Origin: Mobula birostris
Lineage: Eukaryota
NCBI RefSeq assembly: GCF_030028105.1
Contig: NC_092386.1
Span: forward strand, 28,619,721 to 28,683,720
Reading direction: 5' to 3'
DNA: 64,000 nucleotides
In this document: piece after piece, positions 37,255 through 49,951 of the stretch
How the letters are laid out: each line of letters starts with the position of its first letter
Position numbering within the stretch: the stretch's first letter is position 1
Position numbers and translations under genes: made by a program
The notes under the pieces: generated by a model
Seen by the model: the letters and a program-made list of their open reading frames with translations, nothing else
Told to the model about the DNA's origin: nothing
Database searches by the model: none

Positions 37255-37953
37255 AGTGCATCATTAAGTCCATTACCGAAATGACAGTGCTCAGCAAATT
37301 CTACTATGTACACTGGAATGGACTCTGCTCTTTTGATTCTGTTTTTGAAACCTAAGACATTCTGCAATCAACAATGGTTTTGGTTCTAAATGTTCCTGCA
37401 TTACTTCCACAATATCAGCGAAGCTAATCTCGGCTGGTTTTGTTGGAGTAGTTAAACTTCTCAGCAAACTATATGCCTTTAAAACCAATGCATTCAGACA
37501 AAACTGGCACTGACATTAGCCATTTCATTTGTTTTAAAATATTGCTTAATTCGCTTAGACAATATCCATTATCTCTTGTGTAATCAAATGTGTCTATCTT
37601 TCCTATATAACTAGTTTTTGTTTTTAATGTATGAACTCGTGAATTTGTCTATTTCTGTCTTTTTTTTAAACTCTAATATCTCACTACACTGCAACAGGTT
37701 GGTAGTCGTCTTGCGTTCATTTAAAATTTCCTGGTTGCCTCTGTATGTTTTGTAACTCCAAAACATAAAACTGTTTGAAAGCAAATCATGGAGCCAGGAA
37801 TGCATGTCTTAGACCTGTTTTTACTTTAGTGAGGTGCACACGTGTGATGTGAAAGCATAATGATGTATCTCATATACATACTTTTACATATAACCTGCAA
37901 TACATTATGTAAACAGCAAAGAATGCTTAACATATTTACAATATTTCTCAAAT

Positions 37954-40900
37954 TACTCCTATTACAATCATTAGAAAGAAGTGACATAGGGCAGAAGATG
38001 TTGAATCATTGTGGATAAAGCTAAAGAACTGCAAGGCTAAAAAAACTCTGATGGGAGTTGTATACGGACCGCCAAATAGTAATAAGGATGTGGTCTACAA
38101 ATTACAAGAGAAGTTAGAAAATGCATGCCAAAAGGACATTGGGAGATAGTTCCAATAATCATGGTAGACTTCAATATGCAGGTAGATTGGGAAAATCAGG
38201 TTTGTGTTGGATTTCAAAAGGTTGAATCTCTCGAATGCCTACGAAATGTTTTTTTTTTTGAGCACCTCGTGATGGAACCCACTGGGCAATCAGCTTGTGG
38301 TTGAGCCCACTTGGGGATCAGCTACTTTGTATTGGATGTTGTGCAATGAACCGGAATTAATTAGAGAGCCGAAGATAAAAGACCCCTGAATGGCAAGCCA
38401 TCATAATGTGATCAAATTCACATCGAAATCTGAGAAAGAGAAGCTAAAGTCAGATGTATCAGTATTGCAGTGGAGTAAAGGAAATTACAGATTCGTGAGA
38501 GAGGAGTTGGCCAGAATTGATTAGAAAAGAACACTGGCTGGGATGACAGCAGAGCAGCAATGGCTGGAATTCCTGGAAGCAATTTGGAAGGCACAGGATA
38601 TATACGTCCCAAAGAGGAAGAAGCATTCTAAAGGCAAGATGACACAACCATGGCTAACAAGAACAGTCAAAGCCAAGATGAAAGCCAAAGAGAGGGCATT
38701 TAATTGAGCAAAAATTAGTGGGAAGTTAAAGAATTGGGAAGCTTTTAAAAGCCAACAAAAAGCAATTAAAAAGTCATTAGGAAGGTCAAGATGGAATACA
38801 AAAGTAAGCTTGCCAATAATATTAAAGAGGATACCAGAAGTTTCTTTAGATACATAAAGCGCAAGAGAGGCGAGAGTGGATATCGGACAGCTGGAAAATA
38901 ATGCTGGAGATGTAGTAATGGGAGCGGGGGCAAGGAAATGGTGGATGAACTGAATAAGTATCTTACTTCTGTCTTCACTATGGAAGACACTAGCAGTATG
39001 GTGGAAGATCCAGGTGTCAGGGGTCATGAAGTGTATGAAGTTTCTATTACTAAAGAGAAGGTTTTAGGGGAAACTGAAAGATCTGAAGGTAGATAAGTCA
39101 CCGTCACCTTAACCAGATGGTGTACGCCCCAGGGTTATGAAAGAGGTGGCTGAAAAGAATATAGAGACATTAGTAATGATCTTTCAAGAATCACCAGATT
39201 CTGGAATGGTTCAGGAAGACTAGAAAATTGCAAATGTCTCTCCAGTCTTCAAGAAGGGAGAGAGGTAGAAGAAAGGAAATTATAGACTAGTTAGTCATAC
39301 GTCAGTGGTTGGGAAGACATTGGAGTCGATAGTTGAGGATGAGGTTCCAGCGTCTTGGAGGCACATATTAAAATAAGCCGTAGTCAACATCGTTTCCACA
39401 AGGTAGAATTTTGCCTGACAAATCTGTTGGAATTCTTTGAAGAATTAGCAAGCAGGATAGACAAGGGAGAATCAGTGGATGTAATGTATTTGGATTTTCA
39501 GAAGGCCTTTGACAAAGTGCCACACATGAGACTGCGTAATAAGCTATGAGCCCTTGGTATTACAGGAAAGATTCTAACATGGATAAAGCAATGGCTGATT
39601 GGCAGGAGGCAAAGAGTGGGAATAAAGTGAACCTTTTCTGTTTGGCTGTCGGTAAGGTGGTATTCCACGGGAGTCTGTGTTGGGACTGATTCTTCTTAAG
39701 TTATATGTCAATGATTTGGATAATGGAATTGATGGCTTTGTTGCAAAGTTTGCAGACGATATGAAGACAGGTGGAGGGGCAGGTAGCTTTGAGGAAGTAG
39801 AAGAGTTACAGAAGGACTGAGATTAGGAGTATGGGCAAAGAAGTGGCAGATGGAATACAGTTTTGGGAAGTGTATGGCCATGCACTTTGGAAGAAGAAAT
39901 GAAAGGGTTGACTAGTTTCTAAATAGAGAGTAAATGTTAAAAACAACTGAGGCTCAAAGAGATTTGGGAGTCCTTGTGCTGGAATCCTTAAAGGTTAATT
40001 TGCAGGTTGAGTTTGTGATTAGGAAGGCAAAAGTGATGTTAGCATTTATTTCAAGAGGACTAGAATATAAAAGCAATGATGTAATGTTTAGACTTTATAA
40101 AGCACTGGTGAGGCTTCACCTGGAGTATTGTGAGCCCCTTAGCTTAAAAAGGATGTGCTGAAACTAGGAAGGATTCAAAGGAGGTTCACACAAATGATTC
40201 CAGGATTGAATGGCTTGTCAAATGAAGAACATTTGATGGCTCTGGACCAGTATTCACTAGAATCAGAATCAGGTTTATTATCACCGGCATGTGACGTGAA
40301 ATTTGTTAACTTAGCAGCAGCAATTCAATCTCAATACATAATACAGAAGAGAAAAAAATAAATAAAATAAAAATAATAATAAATAAATAAATTACAGTAT
40401 ATGTATATTGAATAGATTTTAAAACGTGCAAAAAACAGAAATAGTGTATATTAAAAATGTGACTTAGTGTCCAAGAGTTCAATGTCCATTTAGGAACTGG
40501 ATGGCAGAGGGGAAGAAGCTGTTCCTGAATCACTGAGTGTGTGCCTTCAGGCTTCTGTACCTCCTACCTGATGCTAACAGTGAGAAAAGGGCATGCCCTT
40601 GGGTGCTGGAGGTCTTTAATAACAGATGCTGCCTTTCTGAGACATCGCTCCCTGAAAATATCATAGGTACTTTGTAGGCTAGTTCCCAAGATGGAGCTGA
40701 CTAGATTTATAACCTTCTGCAGCTTCTTTCGGTCCTGTACAGTAGCCCGTCCATACCAGACAGTGATGCAGCCTGTCAGAACGCTCTCCATGGTACAACT
40801 ATAGAAGTTTTTGAGTGTTTTTGTTGACATGCCAAATCTCTTCAAACTCCTAGTAAAGTATAGCCACTCTCCTGTCTTCTTTATAACTACATCGATATTT

Positions 40901-41604
40901 TGGGACCAGGTTAGATCCTCAGAGATCTTGACACCCAGGAACTTAAAACTGCTCACTCTCTCCACTTCTGATCCCTCTTTGAGGATTGGTATGTGTTCCT
41001 TCGTCTTACCCTTCCTGAAGTCCACAATCAACTCTTTCATCTTACTGACGTTGAGTGCCAGGTTGTTGCTGTGGCACCACTCCACTAGTTGGCATATCTC
41101 ATTCCTGCGCGCCCCCTCATCACCACCTAAGATTCTACCAACAATGGTTGTATCATCAGCAAATTTATAGATGGTGTTTGAGCTATGCCTGGCCACACAG
41201 TCATGTGTATATAGAGAGAATTCAGAAGAATGAGGGGTGACCTAATTGAAACCTATCGAATGATGAAAGGCCTTGATAGGGAGGATTGGAGAGGATGTTT
41301 CCTGAAGTGGGAGAGTCTAAGACCAGAGGACACTGCCTCAGAACAGAGGGGCGTCCTTTTAGAATGGAGATGAGGAGGAATTTCTTTGTCAGAGAGTGGT
41401 GAATCTGTGGAATTCTTTGTCACAGGCAGCTATGGAGGGCAAGTCTTTATGTGCATTTAAGGCAGAGGTTGATGGATTCTTTGGTCAGAGCATAAAGGGT
41501 ACAGGGGTGAAGGCAAAAGATTAGGGCTGAGAGGAAAATAGGATGAGCCATGATGAAATGGCAGAGCAGACTTGATGGACCAAAGGGTCTAATTCTGCTC
41601 ATGG
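37954..41604 (+). mobile_element. CR1 LINE (most of ORF2, decayed) inserted in the Gypsy 5' LTR
   Basis: Endonuclease (GVVYGPPNS), CLTNLLEFF..LDFQKAFDKVPH and LVRLHLEYCE motifs; flanked by TCAAAT at 37948-37953 and 41605-41610. Confidence 0.88.
40264..41216 (-). mobile_element. Rex1/Babar-type LINE, 5'-truncated, inside the CR1
   Basis: ORF 40564..41196(-) KFADDTTIVG..LALNVSKMKELIVDFRK..FKFLGV..CITVWYG; flanked by AGAAT at 40259-40263 and 41217-41221. Confidence 0.9.
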
Positions 41605-41973
41605 TCAAATATTACTGAAATGTTAAATACATAACACTTTTATTTCCTGCATTCCTCTCTTTCCTTTGGTAACTTCAGATTTCACTAGGTTTTTCCTCTT
41701 TATCCACTTCTGCACATGACTTCCACACTCTTATAAAGGCACAGCTGCCACCTGTGCTATTTATTGTTTCCTGGTCTCCACCACAGAGCTCTCCTTTTGT
41801 TCCTTCTTTTCTCTGCTCCAACCCTTTCTGCAGCTTAAAACTTTTCATTTCAAAATTTTCGGTTTTCAAATTCATATATGAAATATTCTTCACTCCACAA
41901 ATGCTGCCTGTCTTCTGAGTCCAGTATTGTTCATTTTGAAGCCATGATTCAGTATATTATTGTTGCATTCCAG

Positions 41974-42191
41974 CATTCACATGTCATGAAAGTGGAGCCA
42001 CTGTGTTAGCATATGCATCAAAGCAGCAAGTTTTGATATCTGGTGGACGAAAAGGTTTCATCTGTATACTTGATCTACGCCAGCGACAGTTGCGCCAGAC
42101 CTTTCAGGCTCATGATTCACCTGTTAAAGCAATTGCTGTGGATCCGGCGGAGGAATATTTCATTACTGGGTCTGCTGAGGGTAACATGAAG
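41974..42191 (+). CDS. DMXL1: DMXL1 penultimate coding exon (AFTCHESGATVLAYASKQQVLISGGRKG...FITGSAEGNMK)
   Basis: Acceptor ccag|CA, donor AAG|gtacaa; 218 nt, phase 1-0; WD40 repeats. Confidence 0.95.
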
Positions 42192-43105
42192 GTACAAAAT
42201 ATCAATTATCAATTTAACATAAAATTGATGTAAATTTTATTCCTAACTAACTGCAGGTATCTTTATCTAGCATTCAGCATGTGTAATTAAAAATATTCTG
42301 ACAAAAACGTGCAAACTTAAAAATATCCTAAAAGTTTTCAAATAACTGAAGATGCATGACATTTTCTGGTCCTACTGAATATGAAATAAAATATATTTAT
42401 GGGGAACTTATGAACATGAGCACACTTTTCAAATGTCTAAACTTGTACTACATTGTGGGCCGGTACTTTAATCAAGCAATATGCTCCATAACTTCCATTC
42501 ACTTCTGCTCTACATTTCATTTTTTCATCCTCCTAAAAAATATTTTTTTGCATATGAGAAAGTTTTACAACAAAAACACCTTCACTGTGATTTCTGGGCA
42601 ATTACTGAGTACAGTGGCATCTTCCACATTACTCCTCCTTTCACCGTATGTTTCATCTTCATTAAATTGCTTTATTTGACCATTTTGCCACCTTAAATAA
42701 TGATTCTGGTTTAGTACTATTGATTTTAAAAAGGTTTGATTGGGTAAAGTTATAATAATAGTGTGTTAATGGAAAGGATATGAAATTTTCCTTAAGCTCA
42801 TACAAGTGGAAACTGAGAACCTTGGGCTTTTGATCGGCATCTGTAATTTCAATCATCTAAATTTAGGTTGAAGCCTTGAGAGACAATGAGTAAGAGTAAA
42901 GTATATTTTCATATTAAATGTCGCACTAACCTCTTTGCCATCTGAGAAGGTATTGGAAGAGTATGCAGCTCCAATTAATGCAGATCATTAGTCAATACAA
43001 AAGAAAAATTCTAATTCAACATTTTGAGGTACTTTGTAAACTAGCCTTGCAATTTTTTGAAATTATACTATTTTGAAATTAATTTTGACTTTTTATTACT
43101 TTTAG

Positions 43106-43339
43106 GTTTGGAGTTTGTCTTCTCTCAACCTGATCCACACGTTCTCCAATGAACATGCCCGACAGTCACTCTTTAGAAACATAGGAACAGGAGTCATGCA
43201 AATAGAGACTGGCCCAGCAAATCACATGTTTTCCTGTGGAGCTGATGGAACAATGAAAATGAGGATCCTGCCAGATCGCTTTAGCACAGGGAGTGGAAAA
43301 TTGGATATCTGGCAAAATGATGTAAAATTTATACTATGA
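43106..43339 (+). CDS. DMXL1: DMXL1 terminal coding exon (VWSLSSLNLIHTFSNEHARQSLFRNIGTGVMQIETGPANHMFSCGADGTMKMRILP...NDVKFIL*)
   Basis: Acceptor tttag|GTT; TGA at 43337-43339. GTGVMQIETGPANH and the ending NDVKF match DMXL1 rather than DMXL2 (recall). Confidence 0.95.
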   Translation, partial: VWSLSSLNLIHTFSNEHARQSLFRNIGTGVMQIETGPANHMFSCGADGTMKMRILPDRFSTGSGKLDIWQNDVKFIL

Positions 43340-46100
43340 TAATTTTATATTATGATAGTGATATTATCAGCACAATCCATTCTAGCTTAAATCTACCAAA
43401 ATATATGTTTATTAGGAGTAAGATAAACACTGATGCCACACTTAGGATAGGTGTTGGGGGGTAGGATGGGATGCTTTTCATTTTTGATTCTTAATGCACT
43501 GATGCCTTAAGAAGTTTGTGAATAGTTGGAAGAAGAAATTGAATCTAATTGTGTCAAAATATAGGAAATAATTGATTTTCTTGTAAACTATGGTAAAATG
43601 TGTTGCTGCTACAAAAAAGCCTTTTGTTGAAACTGGTTGCTGATATTTTTGAAGTGTCAAAATGTACAGTGCTTTAAGGTAAATCAAATAGTATAAGATA
43701 CAATAATTATCTTTTTTATGCTTGTATTAAAAGTTTGTAAATTATATAAAGTTATAACTTGAACTGTGACCATTCCTTATTTTTAAGCTTAGAAAGACCC
43801 TGAAATACAAGCTGTAAGTAGATTTTGCTTATAATCTTCATGCAGGAGAATGTAACTGGTATTCCAGTTTTTGACGTGGGAGAAGGGAAAAGAATGTGCA
43901 CAACATTGTACTGTAAAGTGAAAGCTAAATTTGTAAAAGCAAGATCTTTTGTGTTGGGCTGATTCCAGAAATGATATGTACTGAAATGTAAGTGTTTCTT
44001 TCAACACAACTATAACATTTAAATTATTTTTTTTGTGTTCAAAGTACCAACTTGAGAGGGGCAGTAAGCAGACATCCATCAGTGCCACTTTGTATGAGAT
44101 CACTAATGGGTATGTTGCAGTTGAACCAGGATTGTTCAGCATCTGACATCACCAAGATTGGTAACTCAAGATGTGGCGAATCATGGACACAGCTGCATCC
44201 TACTGTCTGTTTTGCAATGTACTGATGCAACAGCAAAAGGTCTTACATTTTTTGACCCATACCATGTGGTTAAAACTTCACTGTAAATGCAGTCCATAAG
44301 ATGTGAGGAAACTTCAAATGACTGCACCTAACCAGTACATTCTGAAAGTTTTATATTCAGAAGAAACATAAGATGGGAAAAGTTTATTATGTCTAAGAGT
44401 TGTTCTAAGTTTAAAAAAAAACAAAATTGTATCTTTTATATAATCAAATGTTTAAATGCAGTACTTAATGTAAAATAAGCCAAAACCAGAATAAAGGCTG
44501 TGGCCTTCCTCTCTGTAAATCAGACGGGTCAAGAATAAAAGTTCATATTTATTATCCAATTGTTAAGTTAACTTTTGATATGAAGATTAAATGCTGAGAG
44601 CTTTCAGGAGTGACAGTTACTTTAAGATAAATTTTAGGCTAATAAACCATAGGTTTAGTAGTTTACGTGTGAATATATTACTATTCACTATGAGCAGCCG
44701 TGCTTTTCCAAAGGAAAAGAACCTATTTTTTGGCCATTCCTTTTGCCATGCCACATATCTAGAGCAAAGAAGGCAAAGAACATGTCTTTCCTCAGACTCA
44801 GATCGTCTATGCTCCACCAAAAAACAATTGTACTGGAAGTAGCCCAGTATTAGTTGGATATTTCATTCTTTCTTCATACAAGTATTCACAGTTTGTACTG
44901 ATAGAGCTGACTGTAATCAGCCATTCAGTACAAATTGTTTCAGCAAATTCATTATTGGTTCACTTTTCAAAGAGTAATTAGGATTAAGAAGCACAAATTA
45001 TTGTTCACATTTTTCCCATCAAATATCTTTTAAAGATATCTTTAGAGTAGACCAACCACGTGGATATATGCTGTCAGAATTAGTGGCTTGTACTACTACT
45101 GTATTAATCAAACAGCAACTACTTCATTATGGAGTTCATGTATCAACAACAGAAGTATGTTGAAACTTGTAAAGTTGTAAAATTCCTGTGTTCAGGAATA
45201 CGGAAATAATTAATGATTGTAAAAAGAAACTACTGCAATTCTAAATCAATTGTAGGAATAGCTATTTGTTTGTAAAGATTATTAGATTCACCTTTGTGAT
45301 TGGAATATTTTATTTTGTAGACCTGATAACCTGGGTATAGAACAAAAACTATATTGCTTAGAAGATGGATTTTACATTGTTTTTTTAATATTTAATTGAT
45401 GCATGCCACAGTTATAGTTGCTATAAATGTAATCTTAGCTGATCACAGTTTTAAGGTTTATTAATTTCATTGACTATATAAATTTGTAGTTAGCAAATGG
45501 GCATTATATGAAAATATATGCATTAATTTTAGTCCATGTTGAAGGCCTTATAGATCTTGTGTTATTTTTTGTTATATACTCAGGATGTTTCATCTTTAGG
45601 AGTGTTTTAGTACAATATAGTAAAACAAGTTTTATCTGTCAATAACTATTTACTAGGTAACAGTATAACAATAGAAATGAAACAGGTCTTGATCACTTTA
45701 ATTGTGCAATACGATATACTAATTTTATTAAAACAAGATTTGTGAAGAAATATTAGTAAATCTGAAGAAACAATGTTTCTTTCCTATTTATATGGAATAT
45801 TCTGTAATAATTGATTTCAAAGAAAATACTGGACAAGTTAATCATTATCAGGTGACTCCTGAATTACATAAATCTCTGGGCTGGACACATTTTACAAGTA
45901 AAAATTAACCTTTTGTTTTAAAACATAATGAAAGAGAAGACTGTAATCCCAAGTAACACACTAGTACCTGGCTTCTCTTTGCCTTATCAGAAGTTGGCTA
46001 TACTGAATTCTCTTGAAAAAATGTCAATCATGTATTTAAAATTAATAATTGTTGCAATAAAATACCTATGAGAATAAAGCATCTCTTTTTTGCCATTGTT
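43340..46100 (+). other. DMXL1: DMXL1 3' UTR (~2.7 kb)
   Basis: AT-rich, with no recognisable TE until ~46340. Distal AATAAA pair; proximal AATAAA at ~44490 and ~44534. Confidence 0.65.
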
Positions 46101-46110
46101 CTTTCTCAGT
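46056..46110 (+). terminator. Polyadenylation signals of DMXL1
   Basis: AATAAA at 46056-46061 and 46073-46078, followed by a T/GT-rich downstream element (TCTCTTTTTTGCCATTGTTCTTTCT). Confidence 0.6.
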
Positions 46111-46344
46111 TATATATAAGAAGTTAGGCTACAGATTAATCAAATGTCAATACTGGGAAAGCCTCAGGAGCTAAAGTTTATGTAACTAAGCAAGGATTGG
46201 AATGCCTGAAACTAAATCTGAATGTGCTTAAAGCATGAGCTACTCTGGCAAACGGACATGAATTGAAAAAAGTGTAACACTACTAACAATACTTAATGAT
46301 GCACTAAAATTAATTGAGAAGAAACGTGACTGATCATTAGTGTC

Positions 46345-47655
46345 CATACAGTCTTCTTCTACCTCCTACCTAAGATCCTCACACCAGACTGTCCGGGTAG
46401 GCCTATTGTCTCCGCCTGCTCTTGCCCGACTGAACTCGTGTCCTTGTATCTCAAGTCCATTCTATCCCTCTTGGTTCAGTCCCTTCCCACCAAAATCCAC
46501 GGTATTTCTCATGCCCTTGATCTCTCAGTAACTTTCGATTCACTCAGCCTGACAATCTCATCTTCTCCATGGATGTTCAGTCCTTATACACTTCTATCCC
46601 CCATCAGGAAGGCCTCAAAGCCTTCTGCTTATTTCTTGACAAATGAACCAACCAATCCCCCACCATCACCACCCTCCTCTGTCTGGCGGAACTGGTCCTC
46701 ACCATGAATTTTTTTTCCTTTGGCTTCTCCCACTTTCTCCAAACTGGAGGGGTAGCCATGGCCATTTGTATGGGCCCAACCTATGCCTGCCTCTTCATCA
46801 GCTATGTAGAACAATCTATGTTAGAAGCCTTCCCCGGTTATACTCCCCAGCTCTTCCTCCACTACATTAACGACTGCATTGGCACTGCTTCGTGCGGCCA
46901 TGTTGATCTCGTCAATTTTATCAATTTTGCCTCCAACTTCCACCCTACCCTTAAATTCACTTGCTCTATCTCTCGTACCTCCCTCCCCTTTATCAATCTC
47001 TCTATCTCCCTCTTTGGAGACAAACTATTAACTGATTGATTACCCACTCTGACCTTTCACTTCTCACCTTCCTATTATTTTCCCCGTGGCCCGGTCTCCT
47101 TCCCTTTCTCCTATTGTCCACTCTACTCTCCTGTCAGTTTCTTTCTTCAGCCCTTGACTCTTCTCACCCACCTGCCTTCCTCTATCACCTTCCAGCTAAC
47201 CTCTTTCCCTTCTCCTCAACTTTTTATTCAGGCATCTTCCCCCTTCCTTCTCAGACCTGAAGAAGGGTCTCAGCCCAAAATATAACTGTTTACTCTTTTC
47301 CATAGATGCTGCCTGACCTGCTGTGTTGCTTTGGATTCCAGAATCAGCAGACTTCCTTGTGTTTGTTATTTACTCCCCTATTAGACCCTTTTTTCTTCAA
47401 CCCTTTACCACTTTCACCTACTCCCTCTTAGCATTTTACTTCATTCTCCACTGACCCATGCTCCCTCTCATCTGGTCTCACCACTTCCCCCTCTGCCCAG
47501 CCCCAACCTTCTTATCCTGGCTCCTGTCTGCTTCCTTTCTAGTCCAATGTGTCTCAGCCGTGAATGTCAAATCAAAATTAAACAACTGCTTATTCCCCTT
47601 TGTAGATGCTGTCTGACTTGCTGAGTTCCTCCAGCATTTTGTGTGTGCTGCTCAA
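46345..47655 (+). mobile_element. Penelope-like element remnant with a tandemly repeated terminal segment (pseudo-LTR)
   Basis: GVAMAICMGPTYACLFISYVEQS..HYINDCIG RT motif; the terminal motif AGATGCTG.CTGAC.TGCTG occurs twice (~47305, ~47605). Confidence 0.8.
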
Positions 47656-49719
47656 AGGAGGACTTTTGACCATGACTAATCAAATTTTATCATTTAAGAA
47701 GGCTTCACTTTATTGTAATAGCATGTTAAGTTTATATTCTTAGAGCTAATAGAATTTTGGACTATCGCTTTTTTTAAAAAAAAAACAAAGCTCTTTATAT
47801 TTGAATTATACCACTGTATAATACAAGCACAAGATCTGAAAATCTAATTAGCCAACAAAATTTAATAAAATGATGAGACTTAATATTATGGCAGCAGTTG
47901 AATGGAAGTAATGTCTAAATTGTGCAAAGGTGAGTGTGTGTGTGTGCTGCAATCGGCTATGCTCCTTCTGTAACTTCTCCACAATTTAGGAAGCCATCGA
48001 ACATTATAGGAGTGCAGAAGATTTAGACAAAACTAAAGCAGATATACCAATATCTGCACTCAACCCCAATTCACCTTCTGCTCAGTGAAGCAAAATATCC
48101 AGAACAGTATCAGGAAGGCAGAACTGATTGTGGAACAACCTTGTAGAAACAGCCAGAGTATAGGATGCTACGAGTCAGTGGTTGAAATTACTGAATAGTC
48201 AATAACTAAAATCATGACATTTGGCAATAATGTATCCCAGTAAAGAGGAAAGATTCTAAGGAAGGATAATTCAAAACAAAAGAAACTAGACTAAAGAAGG
48301 TTGTGCAGCAAACGTGGGCATCCACATGTTTTTACAGATGAAAGACAATACATTCACATCAAAGCGTAGGTTATGCGATCGCCTCCAGTACTCTGAGAAG
48401 ATATGCAAATCAAATAACCATTATATCAGGAGGAAATAATGGTGCTGGAGTGAAAAGATTAATGTAGAAGAATCAAATTTAGAAGGTGCATGACATGAAA
48501 GATGACATAATTTTTAGAGCACACTAGATAAAGGAATAATCTCAATGGAGTTGCTGGATGTGGCAGTTATCCCAAACATAAAGTCCACACTACAAAACAG
48601 ATGAGATAAAGATAAATAAGCCCACAGCCGTAAATCCTAAACTATAACTGGATATCGGATTTCAGTTCTCCTATATCAAAATATCTTATTTAAAAACCTG
48701 GAAGAAAGGGGATATCAAAGAGAAAGTATCTTTAAACTAAGTAATTCTAATTGTGGGTGAAGGAAGTAAATTGTATAACTGTTCTCAAACCAGAGGAGCA
48801 TGAGACAAATTTGTATTCAATTAAGTAAAAAGAAATAAAGCCCTCCAAAACAAACACTTCAAAGATTAAAATGAAACAATATGTTTGCATATGTAATGTT
48901 ATGAACAGTAGTAGGAGGAAGTCAACGGGTTAGGCATTACCTATGGAGGGAAACGTATAGCGGAATTTAGAGTCGAGTCGAGATGATGGAGCATCTGAAG
49001 TCTCTGGGAATGATTGTCGCTTTGTGTCTTATGACCGACTGCTCTCTAGGAGGCAGTGATGTGCTTGGAAAGCAACAGACAGTTTGGAAGTATACCTTGA
49101 ACGCAAGTGGCTTTGATTCTAAGGTAGCTTTGTTCCGCGCAGAATCAGACAGGTGAAATTCCCGGCATTATTACTGTATAGATAAATGCTAGCAAAACAG
49201 AATCCAGCTATCGGGTTCCACGTGGAGTGCGGCGCTGACAGATGCGCCAGTGATTCCACAGATTTATTCACCTGAGAGCAGCTGCTCTCTGAGGATTCCT
49301 TTCGGATTGTTAGCTACAGCCTGCGCGGCTGGTTCCAGTTCCCGAAGCGGTCATAAAGCGAAACATAAAGGCAGGTGCTAGCAATCCTAAATAAAAGCAA
49401 GAATTGCTGAAAATATTCAGGCCAGGCAGCATTAGTAAAAAGAAGAATTGAAAGATTCTGGTGACAGATCAAGGGTGTAAACTCTTTTTCGCCCTCCTCA
49501 GATGCTGTCTGACCGGCATTCTGTTTTCAGTCCGAAAAGAGTACTTGTTTAAACTGAATTATTACGTACATAGATCTTTCAACCTCTTCTATGATTTAGT
49601 ATTTATCAGGTATTTGTACTTAGCATTTCTCGGTAATGCAAGTAGAAAGGGTGAGTTTTAAATTTGTACGTCCACAAATTTGGGAGATTGACTGAAATGC
49701 TAATCAGACCTGAACGAAC

Positions 49720-49860
49720 ACCGAGCTCCAATTGGCTAAAGGGAGTCCCGCCTCGGTCACGTCATTGGATAAGCGCTGCGTTGCTTTACTTGTGCCAGCG
49801 GGTGAATAGTCTATTAGGTTGTCACTCATCGGCGCCGTTGAATTTCCGCTGTCAAAACTT
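49720..49860 (+). promoter_or_regulatory. CpG-rich TATA-less promoter
   Basis: CCAATTGG (~49728), GC-box-like CCCGCC (~49747), CRE-like TCACGTCA (~49757) and ATTGG are clustered. CpG density rises sharply over ~49100-50400. Confidence 0.7.
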
Positions 49861-49951
49861 TCGAATGTCAGGAGGTGTTTCAGGTATTATTTTGCTGGCG
49901 TTCTGTAAATGGATGTTGGCACCGGGCCTCTGGTTGTCGGAGCTGTGCCAG
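49800..49951 (+). other. Putative first exon of the downstream gene (likely TNFAIP8 by synteny); start approximate
   Basis: Consensus donor CCAG|GTAAGT at 49951/49952 just downstream of the promoter motifs. Possible ATG at 49909 (MDVGTGPLVVGAVP, phase 1). Gene identity is inferred only from the vertebrate order DMXL1-TNFAIP8. Confidence 0.55.

Larger units (their letters stand above)
34629..41636 (-). mobile_element. Gypsy/Ty3 LTR retrotransposon remnant with two LTRs
   Basis: Direct repeats at 34629-~34848 and 37742-37953 plus 41611-41636, with TGTTATGT...ACATAACA ends. Internal minus-strand pieces: gag (KAYSLLRSLT..QEHLEPKPLLIAE), protease (MELDT), RT (LRICG..DQYPL..FSKMDL, TFGVAS..YLDDII). 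Flanks CTTGT/CTTTT form a near-perfect 5-bp TSD. No integrase seen. Confidence 0.85.
34300..41935 (+). mobile_element. Very old Penelope-like 3' remnant (34300-34628 plus 41637-41935) hosting the Gypsy insertion
   Basis: The left piece resembles the GIY-YIG region (GAGAACATCTCAATTCAGT..CTTCCAGGTGCCAGTCATTTCAA). The right piece ends in the PLE terminal motif CTCCACAAATGCTGCCTG..CTGAGT. Confidence 0.5.

Noticed and set aside
4845-43339. Assignment to DMXL2
   Set aside because: The C-terminal residues (GTGVMQIETGPANH, NDVKF) and exon peptides fit recalled DMXL1 better; reciprocal BLASTP would settle it.
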